Counted from the stretch's first letter, positions 32,232-46,705 are shown. The stretch: 64,000 nucleotides of DNA from Eledone cirrhosa (GCA_964016885.1 OZ024742.1:240684001-240748000), one strand, 5' to 3'. Notes: a model not told the origin generated them from the letters alone. Program-made: numbers and translations.

Positions 32232-32269
32232 CGAGAACAATTGTTTCACCTTAGCGGATCCTCAGCTCG
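32232..32269 (-). ncRNA. Minimal type I hammerhead
   Basis: cgag-CTGAGGA-t-cc-gctaa-gg-t-GAAA-caattGTT^ctcg; palindromic ACAATTGT stem III, stem II only 2 bp. Confidence 0.7.
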
Positions 32270-32484
32270 TAACCACTTCTACCCAACTCGTCCCATGGAC
32301 TGAGTGCCCTACCTCTACGGATATTACCTTCCAGTGTTCTACCACTATATATATTTATTAAAATAACAGATTAAAGTTTAAGCAAAGAATCGCTGCTTTC
32401 ACGCTTAACGGGATCTTATATATTTGATATATATTTATCCTTATCGAGCCCTCTTTGGATTTTAGTCTTCAAATTTATTATTAT

Positions 32485-32528
<44 letters not shown>

Positions 32529-33892
32529 TCATATCCTCTTCCATTCTCGCCAGCTGTTTTATAGTCGACGCTAGCTTAATATTTATCTGGATAACTTAAA
32601 AAATGGCTGCTGTTAAAAGTGTGCGATATAAAGTTGTAGTGTTTACGTTAAGTACTTTTTATTTTCTATTTTCCATTCAACAGCATGGCGAGTTATTCAG
32701 TTAGTAATAATTTCAAGTAATTTGTGATTATACGAAGTAGAACTCCTGCTAGTCTAAGAAGCATAGAGCTTCTTGTTAAGAAGGATTGAAACACAATGAT
32801 CAAAGATTTAATTCTATTTGTAAAAAACGATCTTTCTTCTCATGTCTCATTTGTTCGTTTCTTGTTTTTGTTTTCTGTTGTAGTTAATGTCTTTAATTTT
32901 GTGTTAACTTTCAGCAGAACGCTTAGAGCTGCGATTATTCAGAAAATAACTGTGATTCCTTATTGTATGAAGTTATGTTTTGGGATTTTTCGTAATTAAA
33001 TTAGACAAAATTATTGTTGTTATAACAGTGACAGACAAAGCTGGTTTGCTTTTTTATTTAAATTGTGTTTTGATATTGTGGATTCTGTGGAAGTTAAACA
33101 TCGAGTTATATTTAATTATGATGTGTCAAATAATGTTGGTGTTAAGATGTGATGCTGCAAATAACGACACGACAACTCGATTTAATTCTCTTTAGTTTTC
33201 TAATGAAGAAAAAAAAGCAGGTTAAATTAATACATATGTTACTCACCGTACGCACACACATACGTCTGCACCCCCCTCACACACAAACACACACACAGAA
33301 AAGGTTTTTGTGTGTAATCTCTCAGGTTCATACGCACAAAAAATACAACACATACTTTATTTAACACCCATGCACATATTTATACCAAATTTTATTCATA
33401 ACTTCTGTTTTAGTTGTTGGTTTAAAAAACTCAAGCTATTACAATCCTGTGCAGTCTATTGTTGAAGAATGAGAATGTTTATTAGGTTAGAGTCTGATTA
33501 TGAGATGTTTCCTTTACGTTCATAAATATCTAGAACCAGGGAAACTTTCATTTCATGCACATATTCCTTTACTTTCATTCTTTTACTAATCCTAGTCATT
33601 AGACTGCGGAAAATGCTAGGGCATTTAGCTCTGTTTTAATCCTTACTCTAATGCAACTATAATATTCCTTTCTAACCTTTTCTTTCGTTTGTGTATTTTG
33701 TACACTATCTATTTCATTAATTCCTAAGTACTTGTATGCGTGTTTGTTGTGATTCTTTTATCTCAATTTCTTCTAGCCTGATATTAGTATTCGTTATTAA
33801 TTGTCCTCTCCTTAAGGCTTGTTTGGTTATTTTCTTTTTTAAATTCCAGATGTTAATCTTTCTAAGTGATATTATTGTAGTTATTGTTGTAA

Positions 33893-34090
33893 GGGCGGTG
33901 GATTGGCAGTATCGATAGAGGGTCGGACGCCATGCTTAGCAGTACAGAGTTACGGCCCTTTACGATCTGAGTTCAAATCCCACCAAGGTTAACTTTGCCT
34001 TTCATCCTTTCGGGGTCGATAAAATAAAGTACCAGTAATGCACTGGGATAATTGCTGGCCTTGTGCCAAAAGTAGAAACAATTATTGCAG
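33893..34090 (+). mobile_element. tRNA-derived SINE (Meta-domain-like body)
   Basis: A box tggcagtatcgatag, B box gagttcaaatcc, body gcctttcatcctttcggggtcgataaaataaagtaccag; about 10 related copies in the window. Confidence 0.85.
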
Positions 34091-34189
34091 TTATTGTTTT
34101 GTAGATTGTAGGAAGGCAGATTATCGGTCGATAGTTTTTAGAGTTTGCTGTTTCTTTACACTCGATGTCTAAGATGGATTTCCCTAAAT

Positions 34190-34610
34190 TGAATCAGTCT
34201 CAAGTGTTGTTTCCAGCTTTGTCACTATCTCATTAACAATTCCTGATAGCACCTTATGTGTTCTTGTTAAATATTTTAATCAGAAGTTTGGAATCCTACG
34301 CTCTAGTGCTTTGTTTTCCGCAACATTTGGGCTGGCTTCTTTCGTTTTAGCTTCAAGCGATTGTTCACACCATATATCATTGTTGTCTGATTTATAAGTT
34401 TAGGCACGTCTGTTATGCTTTTCTTTGTTTTGGCATTGCTAAGCATTTGGATTTTGGAAGTCAGTTTACTGCTTTCTTTTGACCCTCTTCTTATTTGCCG
34501 ATCGCTCCATTCTATGCCAATATCGGACGCTTTCTGATAGTCTTCAGCTCGGTATTTTCCTTATTTGTGGTACAAGAGGGCGTCGGTGCTATATCGTTTT
34601 TAAAAGGTAT
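34190..34610 (-). pseudogene. Possible highly decayed RTE-like LINE fragment
   Basis: Only weak motif resemblance (WKQH..LI, similar to the pre-RT WKEHF motif). Confidence 0.3.
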
Positions 34611-35060
34611 TTTTGCTGCTTTTGTTGTAGATAGGAATATATTTTCACTGTTATTTTTGTATGCGTGTAATTGAAATTAAATTGTTCTTGTTTTTGTTGT
34701 TCGTTAGTTGTATTGCGATTAATTTTCTAAAGAAGGGTAGTAATGGACATTTCTAAAACAAGAAGAAAAACAACAAACTTTAAATTTCAGCAGTATTTTT
34801 GTTTTTACCACGGACACTGAATCTTAACAGAAAAGAAAAGAAAAAAAAAAAAAAGAAAAAAGATAGTAAAAAAATCCAATTTGTTTGACGACTTCCATCT
34901 CTCATTAACATAAATCGCCCGAAGTAATTATAACCCCTTACACATTTGTCTGTAATACTTTTTCTAGTGATTATTTGTGTGTACATTTAAGATACGCAGA
35001 AAAATGAACATGTACTATATATAGCTTTTACTTTCCTCTATAAACACCGAACACTAACAT

Positions 35061-35342
35061 ATAATTGTTTCTGATTTTGGCACAAGGCTAGCAATTATCC
35101 CAGTGCATTACTGGTACTTTATTTTATCGATCCCGTTAGGATGAAAGGCAAAGTTAACCTCGGTGGAATTTGAACTAATAACGTAAAGGGCCGTAACTCT
35201 ATGGTGTAAAGCATGGCGTCCGACCCTCTACCCATACTATCAATCCAAACACTAACATATAATTGTTTCTACTTTTGGCACAAGGCCACCAATTACCCAG
35301 TACATTACTGGTACTTTATTTTATCGACCCCGTAAGGATGAA
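35061..35342 (-). mobile_element. SINE (35061-35247) plus partial tandem copy (35259-35342)
   Basis: Reverse complement of the 33893 family; aacactaacatataat occurs three times as a TSD-like boundary. Confidence 0.85.
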
Positions 35343-36471
35343 ACACTAACATATAATGAAACATAACATACACTGAAATACGTTTATGTGCATACACACA
35401 TGGACATGCAGACATAAACGCAGATGCGCACACATACTCCCACACCGACGTAGACATATATGTATGCATGTACTACTTTTTGTTTTACTAATGTAAAAGA
35501 GAAGTAATTCTTTTCTCTTCACCACAGAAGACCAGAAGATCTAACTGCTTTTGGCAATATATTGCTTATTTTATAAAGTACCAGCTTTACTCTTCCACGC
35601 ATCTGACGATTCACCAAAATTCAAAATTCATAGAGTTTCTTCCATATATTAAATGAAAAACAAAGTAATATCTGCGTATCCAAGACACACCAAACACTAT
35701 TCTATACAATTGAACCGTTATTCTAGATTCTCTTTATAACTTATCCATTCATAAAAACTCTGTCGTCAACTTCACACTAAATTGATTTTAACGTCCGACA
35801 ATCTAATAGTGTGTTATTTTTCAGCAATGCATTGATGTCAATAGAACATTATATATCATTGATGTCAATAGAACATTATATATCATGAATTCTATTATAA
35901 GTTGCTACATTTTTGAAATGTTTCTATTCATTAATTACAATAATAATCGCATTTATTCCTTCCCATTTATCACTGTTTATTCTCCTTAACTGAGGAACCT
36001 TCCCTTTTATTTCTTATTTAGGATGACAGAGATGAAAGGTTATCGGATCCAACTAGCACCTGGGTTGCTTGTATTCTGTCGCTGCTGCCGTGTGTCCGTT
36101 GTAAATGGTCCAGTCCACTAACTACAACTAGGTACTTCAAGGTTTGAATAACTCATAGCTCCCAATGATTTCTTTGTTGGGTGTGGTGTCTGGAAAAGTT
36201 ACTTCAATGTTCAAACTCAGATCATAGTTCTCAAATTATCTTGGCTTGTTTTGCTATGGGAACCTGACTATCGTTCTGAATATGGTCCCAACATGAGGTG
36301 TTCAACGGATTAATTATCCTGGTGATAAGTATTTTTCCCGGTCATGAGAGGATCCTACACAAGAAAAAGGCCTAAGATTTATACAGATTTAAACTCATTA
36401 ACTGTCTTTTTCAGGGACATGAAGTAAAGTGGCCACAATCAGAAACCGAATGAGCAATTTCTTACATATAA

Positions 36472-36595
36472 AGCGGTCGATTGGTAGAGTCATTTGAGAG
36501 TCTGTAGAGTCATTAGGGCGACATTTGTTCAAACTCTCTGCGTTCTGAGTTCAAATCTCGCAAAGGTCTACTTTTTCTTTCATTCTTTAGCGGTC
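36472..36595 (+). mobile_element. Diverged SINE head
   Basis: ctgagttcaaatctcgcaaaggtc...tttcattcttt. Confidence 0.55.
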
Positions 36596-36739
36596 ACATG
36601 CTGAATGTTCCACAGTGAAAGGTGGGAAGTCCGAGAGAGTGTATCTTCTAGCTACTGCATCATCATCTAAAACCAGTAATGAAAGCATAGTACAACCTCC
36701 ATTACGAGCAACAGTTGTAGTATAGGTTTTATATATAGA

Positions 36740-37010
36740 GTTAAAAGTTAAAAGTTAAAGTCTGTTTTAAACCGAAGGCTCATCAGGCCGGTGCTTATCC
36801 TTGCTTTCCTTGGCGTTACGCAACTGAGAGAAAAAGACTCTCCCTAGATAGGACGCCAGTCTATTGCAGGAGTAACCTCCCAGCTATTGTACTCAGCTGA
36901 GTGTACTGGAGCAACGTGAAATAATGTGTTTTTGCTCAAGAACATAGTGAAGTAGCATGTTTAGGACGACATTACGATCCTACACGAAGCATCCTAACCA
37001 TTAGGCCATG
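36740..37010 (-). mobile_element. Second tRNA-derived SINE family (CORE/V-like body, TAACTTT-repeat tail)
   Basis: Minus strand begins tggcctaatggttagg (A box), contains cctgcaatagactggcgtcc, ends in TAACTTT repeats. Confidence 0.6.
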
Positions 37011-37015
37011 CACCT

Positions 37016-37046
<31 letters not shown>

Positions 37047-39395
37047 GGCACACACACATATATATTTCGACGATTGTCCCCCTTGCTTCTGCCGGACACC
37101 GTTGGGTGGTGTTAGTTGCCAGTGTTTTTCATAGCTATGGCTTTCTAAATATTTATTGATATACATACCGTATTTCTTTAGAAATACGAAATTCAAATAA
37201 ATATTTGTATATAGCGATGTTCGAAGCTAAATTCTAATTCTATTCTATTATAAGTTGAGCCAACTTATACAGCTTCATATGCAAATGAGATTAATCACCT
37301 CATTTACACAGACGAATTTAATAGAGAGCATCTGAGTGTTGTCGCGGTTATACCTATCTCAATATAATTAAAGTTATAAGTAAAATACTTAATCTATGGC
37401 CGGGAACTAAACCTGAATGAATGACTGAATCGAATCGATGAGACTTTATCTTAACTCTATAGTGATTTCTATATTGCCTTGTGATTTCCACCTGATTCAG
37501 CACTATATTCATCTTTGATGCGAGTTTTAAGATATTTCCTCAGGTGTATGTTGAGCTTTCCTGGAGTTTCTCATAATTTTCCTTAATTTTATTGCAACTG
37601 TAATTTAGATCAGGTAAACCTGTTAATTGCATTAATTATTTTGCCCGTGATCTGGCATTGCTTTCGGTCACTGTGACTTTACTAATGTCAAGAACTGATA
37701 TATAATGTTTCTAACTTTTAAAGTAATCTTTCTACTCGTTCTTTTTTGAAAACTTATTTAATTATTGCTTGTAATTTGTATTCATTTGATTTCACAGAGT
37801 AAATTATTTCGTTTTCTTGTAGATTCGAATTTTCTACTTGAATATTCGAGTTGAATTATGTGACTCTCTCTTTCTCAAAGTGTCTCTGCGTATTTATACT
37901 TATAATGATTTATTGTGTTGTGATAGTAAACTCTTTGTGAACTGAATCATTTCAAACGTGTTAGTAATATAACTGCTATCTATCTGGATTATCAAAGCGT
38001 TATATAATTGTATTAATAAAAATTGTATAAGTGGAGGCAATATAAGACATTTTTATAACGATATTACCTGTGTATCGCTGAAATTAATTATTTAAAATAT
38101 TGTTTTTTTGCGATTACTTATATCTGAACTAAATACATTAGACAGACATATTTCTTATGATGACTTTGCATTTAATTTTTAGTTTCATACATGTACGAGC
38201 TGAACTGAGGCTGAGAAAAAAATATTTATAAATCGGTAGCTTTTGACAAAATAGTGTTTCTTTTACAATAAAAACACACCAAAAGGACTAATAATAAAGA
38301 TATGGTAAATATACCCTTTATGGTGTATTTAGTTGTATTGTACATAATGTAATTTTGCTAGAGCATGACCCGTCAGATGGCGGACAGTTTTGGGAACATA
38401 CGTTTGCCAATATTGATAATATAAGTTAATTTTACATAAGCAAAATAATTATAATGCCAGGCGGGTTATACAAACTAATGAAATGAATACTGATTTTGAA
38501 AATATAAAGTTATTAACTGAAAATAAGATTAAATATAGCAAATCTCTCATTTGTATTCTACAATTCTATGATTAATTGTCCATACAAAGCTTTGTCATTC
38601 TCTACTCGCCAAACATACATACATATTTACATATTTACATACATATATACATATTTACATACATATATACATATTTACATACATATATATATATTTACAT
38701 ACATACATAAATACATATGTATATACATATTTACATAAAAGCATACATAAATACATACACACACACACACATATATATATACATACATATGTATATAAAT
38801 ACATATGAACATAAATACATACATACATATATACATATTTGCCTACCTACCTACCTACATACATACGTACGTACGTACATACATACTTACATGCATATAC
38901 ACATATTTATATACGTACATAAATGCATACATGCTTATATATATACATATGTATGTACATAAATACATACATACGTATATAAATATTTACATACATAGAC
39001 ACGTATATGCATACATAAGTACAAACATAAATATATACATATAAACATATATGAATACATACATATATACATATTTACATACACACATAAATATATACAT
39101 ACACACACACATATATATACATACATAAATATACACATAAATACACACATAAATACACACATAAATACATACATAAATACATACATATATACATAAATAC
39201 ATACATAAATACATAGATATATACATACATACATACATAAATACATAGATATATACATAAATACATACATAAATACATAGATATAAACATATATACATAC
39301 ATACATATATACATACATACATAAATACATACATACACGCATACATACATAAATACGTATATGCAAACAAATATACATCAATACATATATATATA

Positions 39396-40603
39396 TATCC
39401 AAAATTAAGATAAATCAAATGAATTTAATCTAAATCAAAATTATGGGTGTCATGCCAGAAAGACATATGCCATATCACCCGCAAAATAAGCTCTAAGATT
39501 CTAACGAGTAAGTACGAGCATTTTATAATAACTAGAGATTGATTAACATATAAATAAACATGAATAATCACAGGAGATAATTTTTACAAGTGTGTAACCA
39601 CACATAGCTAGGTAGGTAACTAAATAAAGTTGACCAGAACTTCAAAAATAGACACCTTATAATATGATTAATCTTCCCTGTATATATTCCATTAAAGAAA
39701 TATATTTCACCAATTAATCAGATGGTAAACCACAGAAGTGGAGACTTGGATTTTCAACAAGGAAGAAGTTCCAGCAATCCGTGTTTACACTTCAAGTTCA
39801 AATCAGCGACTGGCCAGCACGTATTGTATTTACTAGAAATACACACATCATACTAGCTTCGTCCCAGTGGCGTGAATAGGGTTATCGACAACTAGAAACA
39901 GCAGTCGAGTCCTTTCAACAGAGTTAGCTCTACAATTAAGGAGCCGTATTTATATATCTATATCCAAAATTAAGATAAATCAAATGAATTTAATCTAAAT
40001 CAAAATTATGGGTGTCATGCCAGAAAGACATGCGCCATATCACCCGCAAAATAAGCTCTAAGATTCTAACGAGTAGGTCCGAGCATTTTATAATAACTAG
40101 AGATTGATTAACATATAAATAAACATGAATAATCACAGGAGATAATTTTTACAAGTGTGTAACCACACATAGCTAGGTAGGTAACTAAATAAAGTTGACC
40201 AGCACTTCAAAAATAGATACATTATAATATGATTAATCTTCCCTGTATATATTCCATTAAAGAAATATATTTCACCAATTAATCAGATGGTAAACCACAG
40301 AAGTGTAGACTTGGATTTTCAACAAGGAAGAAGTTCCAGCAATCCGTGTTTACACTTCAAGTTCAAATCAGTGACTGGCCAGCACGTGTCTCCACTTCTG
40401 TGGTTTACCATCTGATTAATTGGTGAAATATATTTCTTTAATGGAATATATACAGGGAAGATTAATCATATTATAATGCATCTATTTTTGAAGTTCTGGT
40501 CAACTTTATTTAGTTACCTACCTAGCTATGTGTGTGGTTACACACTTGTAAAAAATATCTCCTGTGATTATTCATCTTTATTTATATGTTAATCAATCTC
40601 TAG

Positions 40604-40641
<38 letters not shown>

Positions 40642-40793
40642 ACTAGAGATTGATTAACATATAAATAATCACAGGAGATAATTTTTACAAGTGTGTAACC
40701 ACACATAGCTAGGTAGGTAACTAAATAAAGTTCAATAAGCGAAACATCTGCTAAACTATAATATCACTCTCCAATTATATCTGTCTGTCTGTG

Positions 40794-40855
<62 letters not shown>

Positions 40856-40940
40856 CATACACAGACAGACAGATATAATTGGAGAGTGACATTATAGTTT
40901 AGCAGATGTTTATTCGCCTGACGCGTGTTTCGCTTATTGA
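39396..40940. repeat. 565-bp tandem duplication followed by serial fold-backs
   Basis: 39396-39960 repeats from 39961 to ~40387; 40388-40608 inverted; 40636-40733 direct again; 40733-40800 inverted at 40850-40940. Confidence 0.9.
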
Positions 40941-41206
40941 ACGGCTCAGAGATAATTGCAATAACATAACATACTCTGCTATTATGTACCAACGTGACAT
41001 GACTCCAATACAATTATCTAAACAGAGGCTTGTACGAACTCGGATAAACATCTGTTAAACTGTAAGTTAACTTTCCATTTATCTGATACATGTATTTTGC
41101 AGCCTACGTTGTTGCCAAACCGAGGGAAGTATAAACTCCTACAACTGTTAATATTAAATAGTTACATCACGAAACAGCATGGAGTGTTAAACACGGTAAC
41201 GCCCGC

Positions 41207-41283
<77 letters not shown>

Positions 41284-41547
41284 CAGCTTATGCTGACCGG
41301 ACAACCATGTTGCTTGTTTATTTTCCTATCTTCGGTTTGTTTTTATCCTTCTATGTTGTTTACTTGTCCCCCTCGCTTTACGAGAATTCTGGTCCCAATA
41401 ACTTTTTTTAGTTATTGCTCGCACCAACCTGAGGTATGTGATTTTTAATGCGATGAAATACCAATGATGGTTGGAAAATCACTGACGAAGGACTATTTTT
41501 ATCATATGTACCCATGTGCAAACCACGCAGTATTCTTCTTTCTTCTC

Positions 41548-41608
<61 letters not shown>

Positions 41609-41737
41609 GAAATGGCTTCTACAGGACTAGAAATGTTTCATTCGGGAGAAATCATCAATATTGAGTACCTTACTTACTGTGGTTACCCCCGATTGAACCC
41701 GGGATAAACTTATATATATATATATATATATATATAT

Positions 41738-42206
41738 AAGAGAGTATTGAAGTTTGCTTGAAGCATTGTGGATAATAAGGTAAATTTCTTTAAGTCGTTT
41801 GGAAGCCTCGACAATGCAGATGGGTAAATCTCCGGGTAACAAGATCCGGTGGTGGAGAGAGAGATGTAAGTGGGTGTACGTTGAGATGCGTGGCGTGTAG
41901 AAGACTGTAGCGTGTAGACGAATGAAGGAATGAGCGTAAAGGATAAAAATAAAAATAATAACACGATATCTCTTCTTCCGAGGAAAATACCAAGTTATAT
42001 CGGACACTGGAATAGTTCCTTTAATTTCCTCGGAAGAAGGGATATTAATCTCGAAAATTCAGGACTTATGAATAAATTGAGGTAAAAAAACAAGCCCTGC
42101 TGCTTTCGATTGATTTTTTCCGTCCAAACCCGCATTGCCATGGGAATTGCAAAATTCGAATTCTTTATACCATATACAATGCTTCAAGTAAACTACAAAT
42201 TCCTTA
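41738..42206. mobile_element. Non-autonomous relative of the PLE at 42229-45155, with inverted ends
   Basis: agtttgcttgaagcattgt versus acaatgcttcaagtaaact; HHR-like motif at 42028-42063; between (TA)n tracts. Confidence 0.65.
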
Positions 42207-42228
42207 TATATATATATATATATATATA

Positions 42229-45147
42229 TAGGAGGAGGTTATAGTTCACTTGAAGCATTGTGTAATGAGGTATAAACGTTTGAATATGTGTAATAAAGCC
42301 AAAACAATGCAGATATGGATATAGAAAAAAGAATGCAATTGTAAAAGATGTTGTTGATAATTCGTCCTTTACCTTGAATTTATTAAAATGTCCTTAATTT
42401 TCGAGATAATATCTCTTCTTCGGAGGGAAATAAAGGTCTCAAACCAGCGCTTTAAATATCTAGCCAAGCCATGCTGACAGGAAATAGTATACGTCTAACG
42501 CAAAAATTTCTCAAACTCAGGACGGCCAACTGTCTTAACAACATCCCAACGCTAAACACCAACAGAGGCGAACAAGACGTTACCAACACCGAACCTAGCG
42601 GCACCCCGACCAACAACACACCTGACGCAAAACACCTCGTCACAGACTTGACAGGATCCCTCTCCCGAGAGGAATTAGACCTCCTCAGCCTGGGTCCCAA
42701 GTTCATATTGAAACAGAGACTGGACGACAGACTATGGCTCGACATAGAAACGAATTTCTGTCGGGCTGCCTACCAACTGAAATGGATATCGACTCTCGAC
42801 AACAACACCACGGAATCCACCACACCCAGATTCCCGATATACCAACTAGATCGCCCACTCTATCCACCGCCCGCCAACCGCGAGCTGAAAGAAAAACTCT
42901 CGAGACTAAAACATTCCGTATTTAACATCTTACGGAAACAGAAGAAGATGGCCCCAAACCTCTCCAGGACACAACAACTCGCCCTGAAGAACCTACGGAA
43001 TAGGGAACTCATTTACTTACCATCCGACAAAGGTAAAGAGTTTTGCGTCATCTCTCAAGCCACATACAATAACCTAGCCTTCGAACACCTAAGCGACAGT
43101 GAATTATACACAGTGATCCCGGACATGACTGCAGCCCAGATCGAAAAACAGACCAACTCCATTTGGTTCGATATCTGTAGGAGAAGACAACTCCCGAATA
43201 AAGTTAAGCTCAACTACACCACTAGAAATAGCAGACTGCCCACTTTCTACCACCTCATCAAGACCCACAAGAATAGTACTAAGACGCAAATAAGACCCAT
43301 CGTCTCTAGCATAGAAGGACCCCTATACAAAATTTCCTGGCTTCTCTCCCAGGTCCTCAAGCCTCTACTCTCCACCTTCCCCGGGCATGTCAGTAGCTCC
43401 GACGAAGTTATACGTAGACTACACCAACTCCAGCCAGAACAACTTAAACTAAATAAATACGCTTTTAGCCTCGACGTTGTCTCCCTCTACACTACAGTCC
43501 CCGCTCATCCAGCTGTCGATTTATTGACGGACTGCGTGGTCGCAGAGGACATCCACTGCTACGGTCTCCACCCGACGGACATACACCAGCTTTTATCCTT
43601 CACAGTAGACAACACGTACTTCCACCACCTTCCACCACCACACATACAGACAGACAACAGGATTACCCATGGGATCCAGCCTATCGGGCCTGCTGGCCAT
43701 CACCTACATGAACCAGCTAGAATGCCGAGCCCTCAACACCTGCCATTCCCATGCCTTCTTCACCCGATATGTAGATGACATACTCATCCTTACATCATCC
43801 CGTGAGGAGGCAGAGAAAATATACACAACATTCCCCAGCATGGACGCCAGTATAAAGTTCAGCATGGAACACCCCGATGACCGCGGATCTCTATCCCTAC
43901 TGGACTTCCAACTCAGGGTAACAGAGGAAGGCAACATCCACACCTGCTTCTATAAAAAATCCGCCAGCAGGGACCTGTTCGTACATTTCAGATCGGCCCT
44001 CCCACTCGGTGCCAAGTTCGGATACATAAGGAACGAACTGGCACGTATCAAGAACAAATGCACCGACGCTAGAGACCGAGACACACACACCACACATTTC
44101 CTGAAAGTACTCAAACTGAACGGATACACGACACCCACCACAAACCGTGCCAGAAAGAACAGAGGACACCACACCCGAGGCACTAACACTTGCTTCCTGA
44201 AGCTCCCACACTTCAGTGAAGAAACAACAACAGCCATCCGCAGAGCCATCAGACGAGAGGGACTGGATATCCAACTGGCCCACTCGGGTCCTTCTCTGCG
44301 CGGACGGCTGGCCAAGAGACACCCCACCAGACATGACAACTGCTGCAGACATGACAACTGCCCCATCAACGACACAGACCTAAGCCACCAGGCTTACGTA
44401 GTATACAGACTAGAGTGTGACAAATGCAACAACTTCTACGTAGGTAGCACCACCAGACCACTCCACATAAGAATAAAAGAACACCTCAATACTAACGCTT
44501 CCTCATTTAAGAAACACCTAGTTAAATGCAAAAACACCGATAAAACCATAACAGTTAGGATAGAAACTAAGGAAAGAAACCTCGGCTATCTTAGAATTTA
44601 GGAAGCACTAATTATAGATAAAACACAACCACCGATCAATAATAGACTAGAACTCAACACCCAATTTATAACCTGATAGGGCCTCTAGCCCCTTATTTAC
44701 ACCCCCACACACGCTTACACCTCCACTTATTCTCTCACACATACACACACAAAACCAGTTCTAACACCAGATAACACCTACCCCCCACATTTATGAATAG
44801 ACCTATTTTCCCACACTCACACACACACACCCACATACCTACACCTTCATGCATTCTCCCACACACTTATACAGGCATGTATATAAAATAAAAACAAAAA
44901 AAACCTAAACAAACCCCTTTTAAAGGGAGACTACTCTTTATCCACCTAATTTTAATTCTTTGATATTAGAGATAGAACAGATACTCTATACTATTTCCTG
45001 TCAGCAGAAGAGATATTATCTCGAAAATTAAGGACATTTTAATAAATTCAAGGTAAAGGACGAATTATCAACAACATCTTTTACAATTGCATTCTTTTTT
45101 CTATGTCCATATCTGCATTGTTTTGGCTTTATTACACATATTCAAAC

Positions 45148-45155
<8 letters not shown>
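42229..45155 (+). mobile_element. Penelope-like element with ~150-bp inverted termini in (TA)n
   Basis: 42271-42419 is inverted at 45006-45154; internal RT-GIY-YIG. Confidence 0.92.
42471..44676 (+). pseudogene. PLE RT plus GIY-YIG, one frameshift (~43620-43640) and one premature TAG (44599-44601)
   Basis: LLSLGPKF, YLPSDKG, FYHLIKTHK, IRPIVS, FSLDVVSLYT, GLPMGSSLSG, RYVDDI, LLDF, VVYRLECDKCNNFYVGSTTRPLHIRIKEH, EALII...PPIN. Confidence 0.93.
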
Positions 45156-45213
<58 letters not shown>

Positions 45214-45282
45214 TATGAAGGGAGAAGAAACATTTAGATATAACTAGTAATAAAATGTATCATACCTAAACTGCTCCTAGAT

Positions 45283-45372
45283 TCCTCGACTACGTAGTTT
45301 CGTGGCATAAACAAAAACAATACATCATAAAGATATAGAGTCCTTGCGAGGTCTGCCGACTTATCAAGAGGA
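45283..45372 (-). ncRNA. U3-A8 hammerhead, inverted copy
   Basis: Reverse complement of 45522-45611. Confidence 0.7.
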
Positions 45373-45521
45373 TACCTCATTTTCGTGGTATTTTCTTCGG
45401 GGTTATAAGAGGATTAGCTCTGTTTCTCGACCGTTATATCGCGTGACTATCTCCCCCTCCGCCTTTTGGGATTCTTTCTCACGTCGTATAGACGCGTTCT
45501 TGAGACTAGTAAAATGAGGTA

Positions 45522-45611
45522 TCCTCTTGATAAGTCGGCAGACCTCGCAAGGACTCTATATCTTTATGATGTATTGTTTTTGTTTATGCCACGAAACTAC
45601 GTAGTCGAGGA
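45522..45611 (+). ncRNA. Type I hammerhead with U3-A8 core and long stem II
   Basis: tcctc-TTGATAA-gt(c)ggca...tgccac-GAAA-ctacgtaGTC^gagga; palindromic ACTACGTAGT stem III. Confidence 0.75.
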
Positions 45612-46113
45612 ATCTAGGAGCAGTTTAGGTATGATACATTTTATTACTAATTATATCTAAATGTTTCTTCTCCCTTCATAATGTATATTTAACTCTGATA
45701 CTGGTTCAGTCTAGTTCAACCGGATTGGTCTGTCCCAGTCATTCATTGAGCAACATCGGTGAAGTTGGCACCCTTAACTTGCGGTTGGTGCGGATGCATT
45801 CATGTATATGTGTGTGTCCGCATGTATCTGTGTGTTTCTAAATATATTGTTAATAACTCCCTCTGGTCGAGCAATCTTTGAAGTGTGGGGACTGCTGGAA
45901 AGCTTCCATTACTCATACTTCTCGCCTCCTTCACCACCTCTTCTACGGCTTCGATATAAATACCCCCTCCGCCTCCGTGGTATTTTCTTCGGGGTTATAA
46001 GAGGCTTAGCTCTGTTTCTCGACCGTTATATCGCGTGACTATCTCCCCCTCCGCCTTTTGGGATTCTTTCTCACGTCGTATAGACGCGTTCTTGAGACTA
46101 GTAAAATGAGGTA

Positions 46114-46203
46114 TCCTCTTGATAAGTCGGCAGACCTCGCAAGGACTCTATATCTTTATGATGTATTGTTTTTGTTTATGCCACGAAACTACGTAGTCGA
46201 GGA
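46114..46203 (+). ncRNA. U3-A8 hammerhead, copy 2
   Basis: Identical to 45522-45611. Confidence 0.75.
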
Positions 46204-46705
46204 ATCTAGGAGCAGTTTAGGTATGATACATTTTATTACTAATTATATCTAAATGTTTCTTCTCCCTTCATAATGTATATTTAACTCTGATACTGGTTCA
46301 GTCTAGTTCAACCGGATTGGTCTGTCCCAGTCATTCATTGAGCAACATCGGTGAAGTTGGCACCCTTAACTTGCGGTTGGTGCGGATGCATTCATGTATA
46401 TGTGTGTGTCTGCATGTATCTGTGTGTTTCTAAATATATTGTTAATAACTCCCTCTGGTCGAGCAATCTTTGAAGTGTGGGGACTGCTGGAAAGCTTCCA
46501 TTACTCATACTTCTCGCCTCCTTCACCACCTCTTCTACGGCTTCGATATAAATACCCCCTCCACCTCCGTGGTATTTTCTTCGGGGTTATAAGAGGCTTA
46601 GCTCTGTTTCTCGACCGTTATATCGCGTGACTATCTCCCCCTCCGCCTTTTGGGATTCTTTCTCACGTCGTATAGACGCGTTCTTGAGACTAGTAAAATG
46701 AGGTA

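Noticed and set aside
33893-33985. tRNA gene
   Set aside because: A and B boxes belong to a multi-copy SINE; no cloverleaf
34525-34550. Minus-strand CTGAAGA-ctatca-GAAA
   Set aside because: No stem II or stem I pairing
40405-40440. CTGATTA...GAAA in the 565-bp family
   Set aside because: C3-U8 mismatch and no stem II
41455-41495. Possible permuted (type II) HHR with CTGACGA (CTGAGGA at 12300)
   Set aside because: A stem I candidate exists but there is no NUH or stem III, and the second copy lacks GAAA
44599-44601. Selenocysteine read-through in the PLE ORF
   Set aside because: The in-frame stop is TAG, not TGA
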